From: Rhizodiscina lignyota
Lineage: Eukaryota
NCBI GenBank assembly: GCA_010015805.1
Contig: ML978121.1
Span: 496,001-560,000, forward strand
Reading direction: 5' to 3'
DNA: 64,000 nt
The position numbers and the translations under genes are program-made. Positions 1 to 12,089 of the stretch are shown here, piece by piece (position 1 is the stretch's first letter; each line of letters begins with the position of its first letter). The notes below the pieces were generated by a model, which was not told the origin of the DNA, made no database searches, and saw nothing but the letters and a program-made list of their open reading frames with translations.

Positions 1-366
1 AAGAAAGGGAGCTTGTTGACAAGGAGAGCAAAGGGGGGCCATTAGAGTTTGTAAACAGCATGGCGGTGGGCGGAGTAATCGACATTAAGAGCTGAAATCA
101 CCTAGAGAGGTAAGCAATGAGAGACCAGAAGATTCGGAATTCGCTCACTGGGCCGAATGCTCCGATTGATGGACATTGCACCCTGTGTCATGGTCCTGAA
201 CGAATCGAAAACATCCAGCTCTTGAATCTGACTCCATATTCTGGGCTCGAAATTGGTGGTATTATAAGATTTCCACCTGATAGGTCCATCTCTTAGCTTA
301 TCAACACTTACACATGTCGCTTCGAACGCATAAAGGAAACTGGATGAAACTTCCAATGTACTACCC

Positions 367-1919
367 CTAATCGTCATCTTCGTCGTCGTCATCGTCTTTC
401 TTCTTCTCTTTCTGTTCACCTTTTCTTCTCCGCTCCTTCTTTAGGGCCCTCTTCACCTTATCATCAACTTCGTCTTTGCTCTCGTCCCATTCTACATCGT
501 ACTCTGTCAAGAATGTTAGTCTAGACGGCTCGAGACTAAGAGAAGCAAGTGTCCTTACCTTGAGCTACGGCTTTGATCTCTCTCCTTAGAGCGTTACCTT
601 CTTCAACCAGCGCCTCCCACCTCGCCAAATCGAAGCCTTTCTGATCGTACAGCTTACTCTGCCTCCGAGAGATTGTAAAGTTCATCGCACTCCTGTACGA
701 GACTTCCCGGTTGTGGTAAAGGAACCAAACATAACCCCCTATTAACGTCGACAATCCGACCAGGTACGTTACAGGCTCCATAACGTCCCATCCAAGGTCT
801 GTCTCGAACGTCAATCTGTATACCAGATACCACCAGCCGCAGAGTCCGACGAAGCCACCCATAGCTACTCTTTGCGCGCCCTTTCGTGCGAGCAGGTCGC
901 ACTCCCGCTTCAAGTCCGCCATCTGAGATATCTGCTCACTCTTTTTCCGTAGCCGCATGCGCAGATAGTACGTCCGGTCATTGAAGCTCGGTACACCAAC
1001 TCGAATATCGGTTGGCGCTCCTTCAATCTCCACCCCGAACTCCTGACCACGAGCCGCATCGCGGATAAAATCGCCTATTTCAGTGGACGAAGACCACCGC
1101 ACAAATTTGCGCTCCCCAGAATCGTCAGAATCGTCAGCTTCGTGGCCCAATCCGCTGTAAGATTCGACACCGCCTTCGCCCGGTCCGCCGCGCATGACCG
1201 CCGCCTCTTCCGATTGTGAGTTCAGCTTTCCTGTCCTGACGTGTTTCCCCTCAATGACTTCTGCATCTGCGTCCTCACGCAGATCGCTATCCTCATTCTG
1301 TTCGTCATTCTCGTCTTCTTCCGCCGTCGTTCGTTTCGGCTCCAGGCTGTCTTGCGTACTGTCTTCTGCGCGGAAGTAGACATGGGGTATACGTTCTTTA
1401 TCGCCATCTTGTATCATGGGTAATTCCGATTGTATGAGACGCTCGAGGTAGGATAGAGGCTGTTGTGGGTGGACGAGGAGGGCAAGAGGCTCGACATTTT
1501 TCCGGTCTTGGTTGTGATCGCGCGTTGTGAGTGGGAGGATGAGCTTCAGCATTCGTGAGGGTGTGGTGAGAAGTTTTCCTATATCTCGTCAGTTATGATG
1601 GGAAAAATAGTCTTACTCGAAGCACAGTACCCCTCGTCATTGCGCCAGCTGATCGTTCTCGAGCGACCGGTGGTGCCTCTGAGCCTGCTCTGTGCCATGG
1701 TGTCCTTATTTGTCTCTCCTTCCCTTCCTCCGCTATCCGTCTGTCATAATCCAACTTTTCCTCCTCCGAAACATCGTGATTAAGCTTCTCGGCAGGAGCT
1801 GCATAGGAGCTGTCGGACGCGTGAGGCTTAGACGAGGTAATAATAGTTCGAAAGATATGACCAGTGGCTGGTTTACTGGTAGATACTCGTGAGATTCCAA
1901 GGAGTATTTGCGACCTCAT
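367..1919 (-). CDS. MCU: Mitochondrial calcium uniporter (3 exons; introns 1579-1630, 504-558)
   Basis: Spliced product MRSQILL...AMTRG|KLLTTPSRMLKL...; two TM helices flank the WDVMEPVTY selectivity filter (DIME-type). Basic N-terminus resembles a mitochondrial presequence. Both GT-AG introns restore the frame; TAG at 367-369. Confidence 0.93.
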
Positions 1920-2773
1920 CGTGCCATGGAGCGAGAGTTTTGACGCGATTTAATAGGCAAAGACAGCAAGAACTGAAAGAAAAGTTCATGAAAGTTCATG
2001 AGACACGAGACATGATGCCGAGTGGGTATATGTCAGTCTATGGTGAGAGACGATCGGAGTGTGAGGCTCTATGAAAATTTTGATATCGGATATCTTGAAT
2101 GTGATGCTGAAGATCTTGGAATCGTGAAATTGACGCGCTACGTCATGTCGACGCTAGGGCACGCGAGCAGCTGTGACCCCTGAACCGCGGATCAGCGAGC
2201 GGGTCGGGCCCAACATCAGACGACGAAGATCAACTCTAACCACCAATATGGTAGCGAAGTCCAAACTTACCTTCAAAGTTTTCTTCCTATCCTTTTTCCC
2301 ATGTCCAAATACCGCCCAGGACTAAGAATGTCGAAGGACGGAGGAGTGGTGTCATGCGAAATCCTGCGCCAGCCGCCTCCAATTAGACGTGCAGTTCCTC
2401 GGCGAATGACTATCTCGTATTTGGCATGGCGGTGCGACCAGCATTTGCGGGAGTTTGCAACTAGCAACGATCTTCAATAACGCTGGGCATGGGGAGCAGC
2501 AAGGGTATCGAGTAGCACAAGGTTGAATTCAGCCTCGCTCGAGGCTTTGAGCCTTTACAGTTCGCGGGGCGGAATCGTTCTTGGAACGTACCACCAATAT
2601 GTGCGACTTTATGCCCTGAGTTCTCGCACAACTGTTTCCTCTTCTCTTCTTTTCTTGCAAATGCCTGCTTCTGAATCAACAACAGCGGTTTCCTTGCAAT
2701 CATAGCGCTGTAGTTCTCTCGATGAACGACCTCAGAAGAGTTGTTTCTGCCGCCATTGTGTTGAGGATTGAAG

Positions 2774-5409
2774 ATGGCAGAAACTTCCGGCGATGCGATT
2801 CACGTCTCAAATGGCATCCGTCCAGTAAGAGAATCAATCAGAGTCCATAAATGCTAGCAATTGACTCGCACATCAGGGGGTTTCCTCCGAAGAGCCGAAG
2901 CCAGCATCAATTCACTATGACGAGTTCGTTGAGCATCCCGAGCACCCTGAACGCGTTCTCATCGCCAATCCTCTCCGCAATTTACCAAAAGAAGAAGTGG
3001 AGCGTCGAGCCCGTGCCTTTCGTCGTACTCATGGCCTCCGCGGGGTCGTTGACAAGAAGCTCTTCGTCCGGGCTGCGCTAGCTGCCTCCAATCCAGATGG
3101 CCTTGCGGACATCAAAGGGCTCACGAAACTTGAGCGAATCTCCCTTGAGAAGGACCGCACTATGGGCTTTTGGGGGCAGATGAAGTCCTTGACCCGTGAA
3201 TTCATTCAAATCCTCACCACGTGCTGTATCGCAGCCATTGTACAAGGCTGGGATCAATCGTCTATCAATGGTGCCAATTTAGGTTGGCCGAAGGAGTTTG
3301 GCCTGAAGACGACACTCACGAATGCGAACGCAAGTAACCGAGACGTTTGGATCTTCGGCATCGTGAACGCAGCCAGCTACTTCTCTGCTGCCCTGATAGG
3401 CTCACAATTGAGTGATCCGCTCAATGAATACGCATTTGGCCGTCGAGGAGCGCTTTTCATCGCAGCATTATTCTCATTCTCCACAGTCATCGCGGCTGCC
3501 TATGTGCATAGCTGGGAGTTATTGCTGGCATGCCGAATTCTTCTGGGGATCGGTATAGGCGCTAAGGCATCAGTAGTATGTTGTCCTGTGGTGCAAACAC
3601 GAAACCCAGAGCCGTGCTAACTTTCTCCTCGTAATTTAGGTGGCTGTCTACATTGCCGAGACAGCCCCGTCAAAGCTCAGAGGTAGCTTGATCATCTCCT
3701 GGCAAATTTTCGTGGCGTGTGGCATTTTCCTGGGCGCAGCAGCAAATCTGGTCGTTTTCAACGATTGGCGCAAGCAGGTTGCGTCGCCATTCATCCCCGC
3801 GATACCTCTTATCATCCTTGTGCCCTTTTGTTATGAGAGCCCACGCTGGCTCTACAAGCACAACAGAGTGAAGGACGCATTGGACTCATTCCGACACCTG
3901 CGAAGGTCCGACATACTTGCATGCAGAGACTTGATACTCATGCATAATCAGCTTGAGGGAGAAATCAAGTATTTCATGCGTAAAGCTGATGCTGAGAGAC
4001 CCATGGACCGAACGCCAGAACCTGAAGATGCAAACGAAGATTCAGACGAGGAACACGATGACGAGGAAGTACCGGCCCCGGTAACAACACCAACGTGGGG
4101 TGACAGATTCAGAGAGCTGCGGAGTATTTATATGCCTAAACATCATAAGCCAGTCTCACAGTATCAACTTGAGATTCGGAAAGTAGGATACTTTCAGCGC
4201 CTTCGTCAGCTGTTCGTTCGTCCTCACATCAGGGCGACGACCGCGGCAGCATGTGTGATGGCTGGCCAGCAGCTTTGTGGCGTGAACATCCTAGCCTTCT
4301 TGTCCTCTACTGTCTTCTCAGATGCCATTGGAAATACCTCAGAGCTCAATCGCGACACGAACGACCAAGACGCAACTTCTCTGGCGGCAAGCAAGAAGGC
4401 TCTCTGGATGAGTTTCGGCTTCGGCATGTCCAACTTTGTCTTCACTTGGCTCGCTTGGGGAACCATTGATAAGAAAGGAAGGCGGTGGTTACTGAATTGG
4501 AGCTTTCCGAATATGGCATGGAATCTGCTGGCATTGGGCCTCTGTTTCCAGATCGATGAAAGCAGGAGGACTCTACGGGTGGGACTGATCGTTTTATTCA
4601 CCATCCTTTTTGCACTCGGTAAGCGAACATCCATCTGACATCGAGTAAGATGCACCAAGCCATACTAACAGCCAACAGCATATTCTCCAGGAGTTGGCCC
4701 CGTTCCTTTCACAGCGTCCGCCGAAATGTTTCCACTATTCATCCGCGAAGTGGGCATGTCCTTCGCCGTCTTTGTGAACCTTCTCGGTGCCGGTGTCATC
4801 GCTCTTGTTGTCCAGCCTCTCTCCAAGTCCATCGGCCACACTGGCATGCTGTGCTTCTTCATGGGGCTTGATCTCGTGGGCTGGGCACTGTGCTACCTCT
4901 TCTATCCCGAAACAGCAAGGATCAGTCTTGAGGAACTACGAGCAGTTTTCGATGTGCCTTTGGGCGACCAGGCGAGGTACAGGATTATGTATTTGCATTA
5001 CTTGTTCAACTACTACGTCCTCCGCAGGAAGAACGAGGAGCAGCCGGAGCCGATCCACATTTGGTACAAAGAATGGTCGCAATATCGACCAAGCAGGGAG
5101 GAAATCGTTGCAAAGAAAAGGAGACTGAAGGAAGAGCGGAGGAGGATGAGGGACGAGAAGAGACATGCTACGCAGACTCACGATGAGGTCGAAGTATCGA
5201 TTGACGATGAGGCGGAGGATGGAGAGAGATCCATAATGCAGCTGGAGCTCGAGAGAGAGAGGACGAGAAATGCGGAGCTGATGAGAAGGATCGAGGAGTT
5301 GGAACGCAGCGCAGGCAGAGGATCTAGTCGGTCGCAGGGAGATGATGGTAGGCATGTAGGAGCCAGCGCTTCTTCTACTGGATTTTTGCCCGGCATAGAA
5401 GGCAGTTGA
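2774..5409 (+). CDS. MFS sugar-porter family transporter with acidic central loop and charged coiled-coil C-tail (introns 2825-2876, 3576-3639, 4619-4678)
   Basis: Sugar-porter motifs QGWDQSSINGA, FGRRGALF, YIAETAP..RG, ESPRWL, QQLCGVNILAF, DKKGRR, GPVPF..SAEMFP, YPET. Spliced exons join in frame. Confidence 0.9.
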
Positions 5410-6510
5410 GAGCCAGCAAGAACTATTAGTTCATAGTTGTGAATATATAATCGCCTCATCATTTGGATATCAATATCAAAGGTCTTGGCATCTGTGCTGT
5501 GATTGGTCCTCGCCTCGACTTGCTTCCGCCCCGATGGGGAAAGTGTTTGCGTCGGAATTGCTTGAAATTCTGAAACTCACGTAAATTGCGTCGATATGGG
5601 CGAAATATGCTGTTTCTTGAGCAATTTGCGCATGTAAATCCCAAAATCAACACCTCTAACATTGTTTGGACGTCTGCCGTTAGTTTTTGATGTGTTGAGG
5701 CTTCAGTCGGCCGTAGGGTGACAGGTCATTGCCCCGCCCCCGCAGCGCCCAACCACACTCCACGTCTCCAGCCGGTGTCGCTGGGAAGGATCTCAACCCT
5801 GGGGCCCCAGGAAGGCTGAGCACTCGCAGATGCTCAATTGCAATGAGTAATGATCACCCAGCACTGCATCATCAGTGCTGAACCTCTCTCGAGTCATTGC
5901 TTTTCCATGCTCCCCTGCCTTAACGTGAATTCCCGCAAAATTTCCGCGTTCCTTTCCTAGTTACTCTTCTTCAATTTCATCCCGAGACTTGCCTCGAGGT
6001 CTCGTGCCTGGCTTCCCGGTGTCTGCCTTGCGCTTTGAGAACCTCGCGACTACGCTCGCCTCACTTCTTCTCCACGACTGAGCGAATCTGGAGCTGCCAT
6101 AGTCATATGCGGCCCCCCGGACCGCAAGGCTTGAGGCTGTGCGAACTCCTGTGAGAGGTCACGATACTGCGTCACGTCTGTGGCAATACGCGCTTATTCT
6201 GCAAAGTAGACGTAGCCTACGAGTGCCTAGACTCATTCGAGGACACGCTCCGTATTAGCTAAATGACTTCTACCGGGCCCATGGGTTGACAGTCGGCACG
6301 ATCCGATTAGTTCACAACTTCAATTTCTTCCGGCTGTTGTGCATCGTAGCGAGCGTTGTCAAAGACCGTTCACCGAAGTAGTACATCTAAATCGAAAGAG
6401 GAAGCTCTATTGGCACACCGGAATTCACGTCACACACATTTGTGCCCCAGACTTCAGGCCGATGCCTGGAATAACTCATCTTTCCTGTCCCTCACACTCA
6501 CGACACGATC

Positions 6511-8326
6511 ATGGAAGCCTTCCAAGTCGCTGGCGGCGCGCTCGCGTGCGTCGATCTCGCTCTGAAACTCTACAGGGAGATTGAACGATTCCGCATCCGC
6601 GTGTCACAGGCCGATGAAGTGGGCGAAGAAATGGCTGCAAAATATGGCCGCCTAACGAAGACTCTCGACGACATTCATAGCGCGCTGAAGTGCCGAAAGG
6701 AACAGCTGGGCAGTCGAATACCCGAGCAAGGTGAAGCGAGAATATGGATAAATATACACGATAGTCTGCGGGGCATGAAGTCGTCTCTGAAGAAGTTTAA
6801 GAGAGAGCTGGAGATTCTGGATAAGGGCAGAGATGTTACGGTCAGGAGGAAGTGGGTAGACAGGGCAATATGGCAGCTCAAACTGAACAAACGGCAACCC
6901 ATCTTCGAGAGGCTAAATGAGGCCGCCGGCACTCACGTAGATGAGCTCAGCTTATCTCTTCACTCGCTGGAGATGTAAGTTTGCCTTGGAGTTGGAGCAA
7001 ATACGATCTACGAGGCTAACTGAATATAGATTCATGCATACCGAAACGAGCAATGACGTGAAGATCCTGAAAGACTGTATACTGGGCATTGAAGAACACT
7101 TACGAAATGCATCCATCTCTCAGCGCAGTCCCGTCGTCGGCGAGTTTAGGACAGCGCGTTACCGCGGAACAAACAGAAGACAATTGCAAATATGCCTTCG
7201 CGCCGCACGCGCTATTGTCGACACACAGCCCATGAAGCAACCGCAGCAAAAGAACGACTCGAGGGTAGACAGCGTGATGCAAGAGCAAGATAACCAGAGC
7301 ATATGGGAGACGGATGCCGAGAGCATGTTCGAGCACCCGGCTTCGCCCACGAGGAGGGATACCTTACTTGTGCCTCCTGAAGTCAACCCGAACGAGTATG
7401 CGATCAGCGACACCGACGAGCCGTCTCCCCTTTTCGACGATGAAGATGAAGATGACTCTACAGAAGAAGATGGCGACGACTCCCTCTCGGATTCTTCCCT
7501 TTCGGACGATACCTTAGCCACGGACATTACTAACCCCACCCTCTCCACCGAGTCGCAATCCGACATCCATCCACGATTCTACACCGCACAAAACTCGCTT
7601 GAAACCACCACGTCTCGCGTGTCAAGTCGGACAGACTCTATCATCTCTCAAGCCTCTTCCATCTCCATCCACAACATCGACCCCAACATCGCAGGCCAAC
7701 TAGTCAAGGGAATCAAAGAACGGGACGCGAAATCAATCGAGCGCATCCTACGCGGCAGCATCAGCAGCCCAGAGCAGACGCAGCCGTCCATCAAAATCTC
7801 CAAACTACCTCCCCTGCACTTCGCCCTCAAAATCGATGCCGGCCCAGACGTGATCCGCGCCCTGGCCTACTCGGCCCTGATCGACGTCAACGCCCGCGAA
7901 CCAGACGAGCAATCAACCGCCCTGCACTACGTCGTCAAGTTCAACCGGGAGGTGTGCTGCTCGCACATCTTGTCCAGTCCGCGCGTCAACCTCGAAGCCG
8001 AGGACAGGTACCACCGCACCGCGCTCGGCTACGCCCTGAATCTCTCCAGCCACGCAGACGCCGACGTGTACATGGTGGCGAAGAAACTGCTTGAGGCGGG
8101 AGCGAAGATCCCGCCTGAGCTGCCACAGGGCATGAGCAGCTTGGTTGAGGGGCTGGTGAAGAAGCATCAGAAGTCAAGGCGCTTGAGCAGCGGGGCCGGG
8201 GCGGGCGTGAGCAGTACATCGCTTGGCAAGGTGAAGTCGAAGAGTTCGGACAGGAGAGATAGTGACGAGAGTAGCTTGAAGAGGAGGTGGACGCTGCTGC
8301 AGAGGAGTGCTAGTGCGAGGAGTTGA
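6511..8326 (+). CDS. HeLo-like/fungal NLR-type N-terminal helical domain plus C-terminal ankyrin repeats, no NTPase domain (intron 6975-7029)
   Basis: N-terminus MEAFQVAGGALACVDLALKLY followed by amphipathic helices. Ankyrin motifs PPLHFAL, DVNAREPDEQSTALHYVV, NLEAEDRYHRTALGYAL, LLEAGA. Intron GTAAGT..GCTAAC..TAG joins the two ORFs. Confidence 0.75.
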
Positions 8327-8608
8327 GGCTTTTTGCATTTCGGCTCTGTGAATGACACGGATATGATGCGATGATTTTCATGATGGATGATTGCGACTGC
8401 ATTCTGTAACATAGATACCCTGCCTGCCATCTGGATGGCATTGTCGCGCGTTCTTCTGGCTGTGCTTGATGATTGAAAAGCTTTGGTTTTAAAATCTACA
8501 TCGTATCGAGGCATTACGATCATCATACAATGACCAGAGTCTTTACTTCCCAAGCTATTCCATATAATTCGACGCCTCAATCGTCATCCAAGCAATCCAA
8601 CAGACTAT

Positions 8609-11600
8609 TCAAACAGTTCCCTCCCTTAGCCCTACAGCCTGCGGATCCTCCCGCGCCTCCTTCGCCAACGAGCTCGTCCTCGAGAACGAAAATGCCCCCT
8701 GTCGCAAGTTCAGAAGCCGCTTCTCCCTCCCCTCCTCCTGATCCGCAACGGCATCCATCTCGCCGTCCGCAAACCAGCCAAACGTCCTCTTGGCCGCCTT
8801 CCACAGCTCCATGCCTAGCAAATAAATCACCACCGCGCCGCACGACAGGCCCCACTCCCAGGTAATGGCCTTGTGCTTGAACACCTTCGTGTTCAGGCCC
8901 GGGATGTAGATGCACGGGAAGACGACCAGGCTGCCGAGCGTGATGCTCCAGAAGAGGAAGTGGTTCTCGTACAGGTCCTTCGCGACCGTGGCCAGCCCGA
9001 ACGGCTTCCGCGGGTCGAGATGGAGCAGGCTCCTCCGCAGGCTCTTGATCTCCCACGCCGTGACGAGGATCAGCCACGTCAGCTCGGCGAAGACGGCGGC
9101 GCGCGCGCGGAACACGACGTCGCACGTGTCGTGCTCGTTGTCGTCGTTGAAGCTCCTGTTGCAGTCGAAGCCGAGCGTGTCGACGCCCGGTCCGTAGATG
9201 ACGATGACGAAGGTGAGCAGGCAGAGGATGCCCATCAGCGCGCCGTAGACGAGCACATCTGCTATGACTTGCCACGTGAACACGCCCTTCTTGTGGTTGT
9301 GAGGAGGGCGTGTCATCACGTTGTATGCTGCCTTTTCGCGTCCGAGGCCGAAGGCGGGGAAGCCACTCGTCACCATGTTGATCCAGAGTATCTGGAGCGG
9401 CGAGAGCGGGAAGACGGAGAAGCCGGAGCGGTCTTGGAAGCCGAGCCCACAGATGAGGAGGACGACTTCGCCGACATTGGTAGCGAGGAGGTGCAGGACA
9501 AACTTCTGGATATTGTCAAACATGCGGCGGCCCTCTTCGATAGCGCTGATGATGCTTGCAAAGTTGTCGTCCGTGAGTACAATGTCCGACGCGCCCTTCG
9601 CAACGTCGGATCCTGCCAGGCCCATTGCAATGCCGACATCAGCCGCTTGCAGACTCGGTCCGTCGTTGACGCCGTCTCCAGTCATTGCTGCGAACTTGCC
9701 GCGGCGATGCAGTGCGCCAATCATGCGTGTCTTTGTGTGAGGTGCGCATCGAGCAATGACCAGAGGGAGCTCGGGCATCCGATCGATCTCTTCGTCGGTC
9801 ATAGCATCGAACTCAGCGGCGGTCTTGACGAGAGATTGGGCCAGGTGGTAAGGCAGAGCCGACATGTCGCGGGGGATAACGCCGACTTCTTTCGCGATGG
9901 CAGTAGCAGTGCCAGAGTGATCGCCAGTGAGCATGTGGACTTTAATTCCAGCTTCGGTGCATTGTTTAACGGCTCCCTTAGTCTCCAACCGTGGTGGATC
10001 ATACAGACCCGCCAATCCAAGCAGTGTCAGGTCCTTTTCAACATCCTCTCGCCGCAAGTCATCACCACTGCTAACCTTGACCGATAATGTGCGCTGTGCA
10101 ATAGCCAGCACACGTAGGCCTTGATCAGCAAATGAGTTCATGCGACTAAGGACTGATTCTTTGACTTGCTCAGTCATCTCTTGTCGTTGGCTGCCGTACC
10201 CGATGTCAACGCAGAGGTCCAAGATACGTTCGGCAGCGCCTTTGCTGAAGATGAGCTGCTCATGGAGCTCGTTGCTAGAGTAGATGACACTCATGCGCTT
10301 GACGTTGCTGTCGAAGGGGTACTCGGCGATCTGTTTCCAACCATTGCTTTCGAGCTTCTTCTTACCCTTGTCGAACCTCGTGGAGAAAACCTGCAATGCA
10401 ATTTCAGTAGGATCGCCCGTCGTCTGCCAGTTCTTCTCACTGTCGCTGTAGCGCACAGTGGCAATATTGCAGAGTGCAGAAGACTGGAGAAAAGCACTGA
10501 GCTCCGCAGTCATCTCAATAGGTGTTGTAGCCTCGTCCGAGCTCTCGTCAGGAAATTCCCGCGATGCAAATCGGGCTGCTGATCGGTGTGGCCGCTCATC
10601 AGGTTCAACGAATCTAATTGCTCGATCTTTCTCGATGGACTTCTGCTTCTCAGCATCGGCATCCGGTGCTTCAACTATCTCCTCGCTAAAGTGCACTGAA
10701 CCCTCCGTTGGATTCGACGCGTCGCTAGAGCCTTCTACCGTTAGTACGCCATACCCCGGAACCCATGCCTTCCTTGTCACCATTTGGCCCTGCGTGAGCG
10801 TTCCAGTTTTGTCAGAGCAGATGTTTGTGATTCCTCCGAGAGCCTCCAGCGCGCTCAGCTTTCGCGTCAAGACCTTACGGCGGCGCATTTGCGTCATTCC
10901 AGAGACGAAGGTGATGGTGAGCACGGCGATGAGAGATTCCGGAATCATAGCAATGCCAGTCGAAATAGCATAAATCGCTACTTCGTTGGTGACGTTGAAT
11001 CTATTGTTATTAGCGTATCCCAACGTAGTCAAAGGCCATCCTTTCGACTTACTTATTGGCTCCAAACACGATGATTGCAAGTAGAATAGCAAATCCAAAT
11101 AAAACGTAAGCAAGCTTTGAAAGCTTGATTTGCAGCGGGGTGCCTTCGGTCAGGCCAAGGAATTTTCCAACGACATCCCAAGTCCTCAAGAACGCGCCCT
11201 TGGCAGGCTGCAGAATGGGGTGCTTCTTGCTGGACATGGACCGATTAGGCTTCCTCGCAGCTTTGCCCGACATGGATTCCGCGATGCGTCCAATCTCCGT
11301 ATGCATGCCGGTGAAAACAACGATGCCTCTCCCACGGCCCTTGGTAACGGTAGAGGAAGAGTAGACCATATTGAGACGATCACCAATGCCGGTCTGGAGC
11401 TCATCGCAGCCAGAAAAATCCGCATCAGGCAACTTCGCCACCGGAATTGCCTCTCCTGTGAGAATTTTCTCGTCGCATTCGAGGTTCATAGCCTCGAACA
11501 GTCGAAGATCGGCAGGGACGGTGTCGCCAGTCTTGATAATTACAACGTCGCCAGGTACGACCTCCGCCGAAGGGACTGTGTCTGTATTGCCTCCGCGGAG

Positions 11601-12046
11601 AACATGAGCAGACGGAGAAGATAGCGCTCGTAGCGAATCCATTTTCTTCTCAGCATTGAACTCCTGATAGAATCCAATGGCAATATTGAGGAGGATAACT
11701 GCCGTAATAACCCCACCTTCGACATAGTCCGTAACGCCGTATGATAGCGCCATAGCGAAAATAAGAACCTACAAGTTGGTCAGTGATACTACTACTGCTT
11801 GTAAGGGCCCGGCCGTACCAAGATCATAGCATTGCTGACTTGTTTCAGCAGAACAGAATACCACTTGACCCCTCCCTCTCCCGCAAGCTTATTTTGGCCA
11901 TATTTGCTCTGGAGCTCCTTGACTCGAGCTGGTGAAAGGCCTGCTTCAGCGTCGGCTTGTAAATAGCGAGCGACGTCCTCAGATGACAACTGGAATGGGT
12001 GCCTTGGATAATCTGGACAGTTCGCTGCTGGGCCCTTGGGAGGCAT
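8609..12046 (-). CDS. ENA1: P-type IID Na+/K+ efflux ATPase (ENA type) (introns 11769-11818, 11001-11052)
   Basis: Motifs DEKILTGEA, IPESL, ICSDKTGTLT (phospho-Asp), GDPTEIAL, KGAAE, MLTGD, TGDGVND. C-terminus VIYGPG...FRARAAVF...VFKH is typical of fungal ENA pumps. Confidence 0.93.
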
Positions 12047-12089
12047 GCTAGAGGCACAAATGAAATTATGGTGGAGTAGAAAATAAGAT

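Noticed and set aside
8873..10087. 404-aa plus-strand ORF, and similar long antisense ORFs at 31011-31712, 32526-33350 and 60671-61297
   Set aside because: They are antisense shadows of GC3-rich real genes (ENA, Zn-cluster factor, PTR2) and show no independent motifs.
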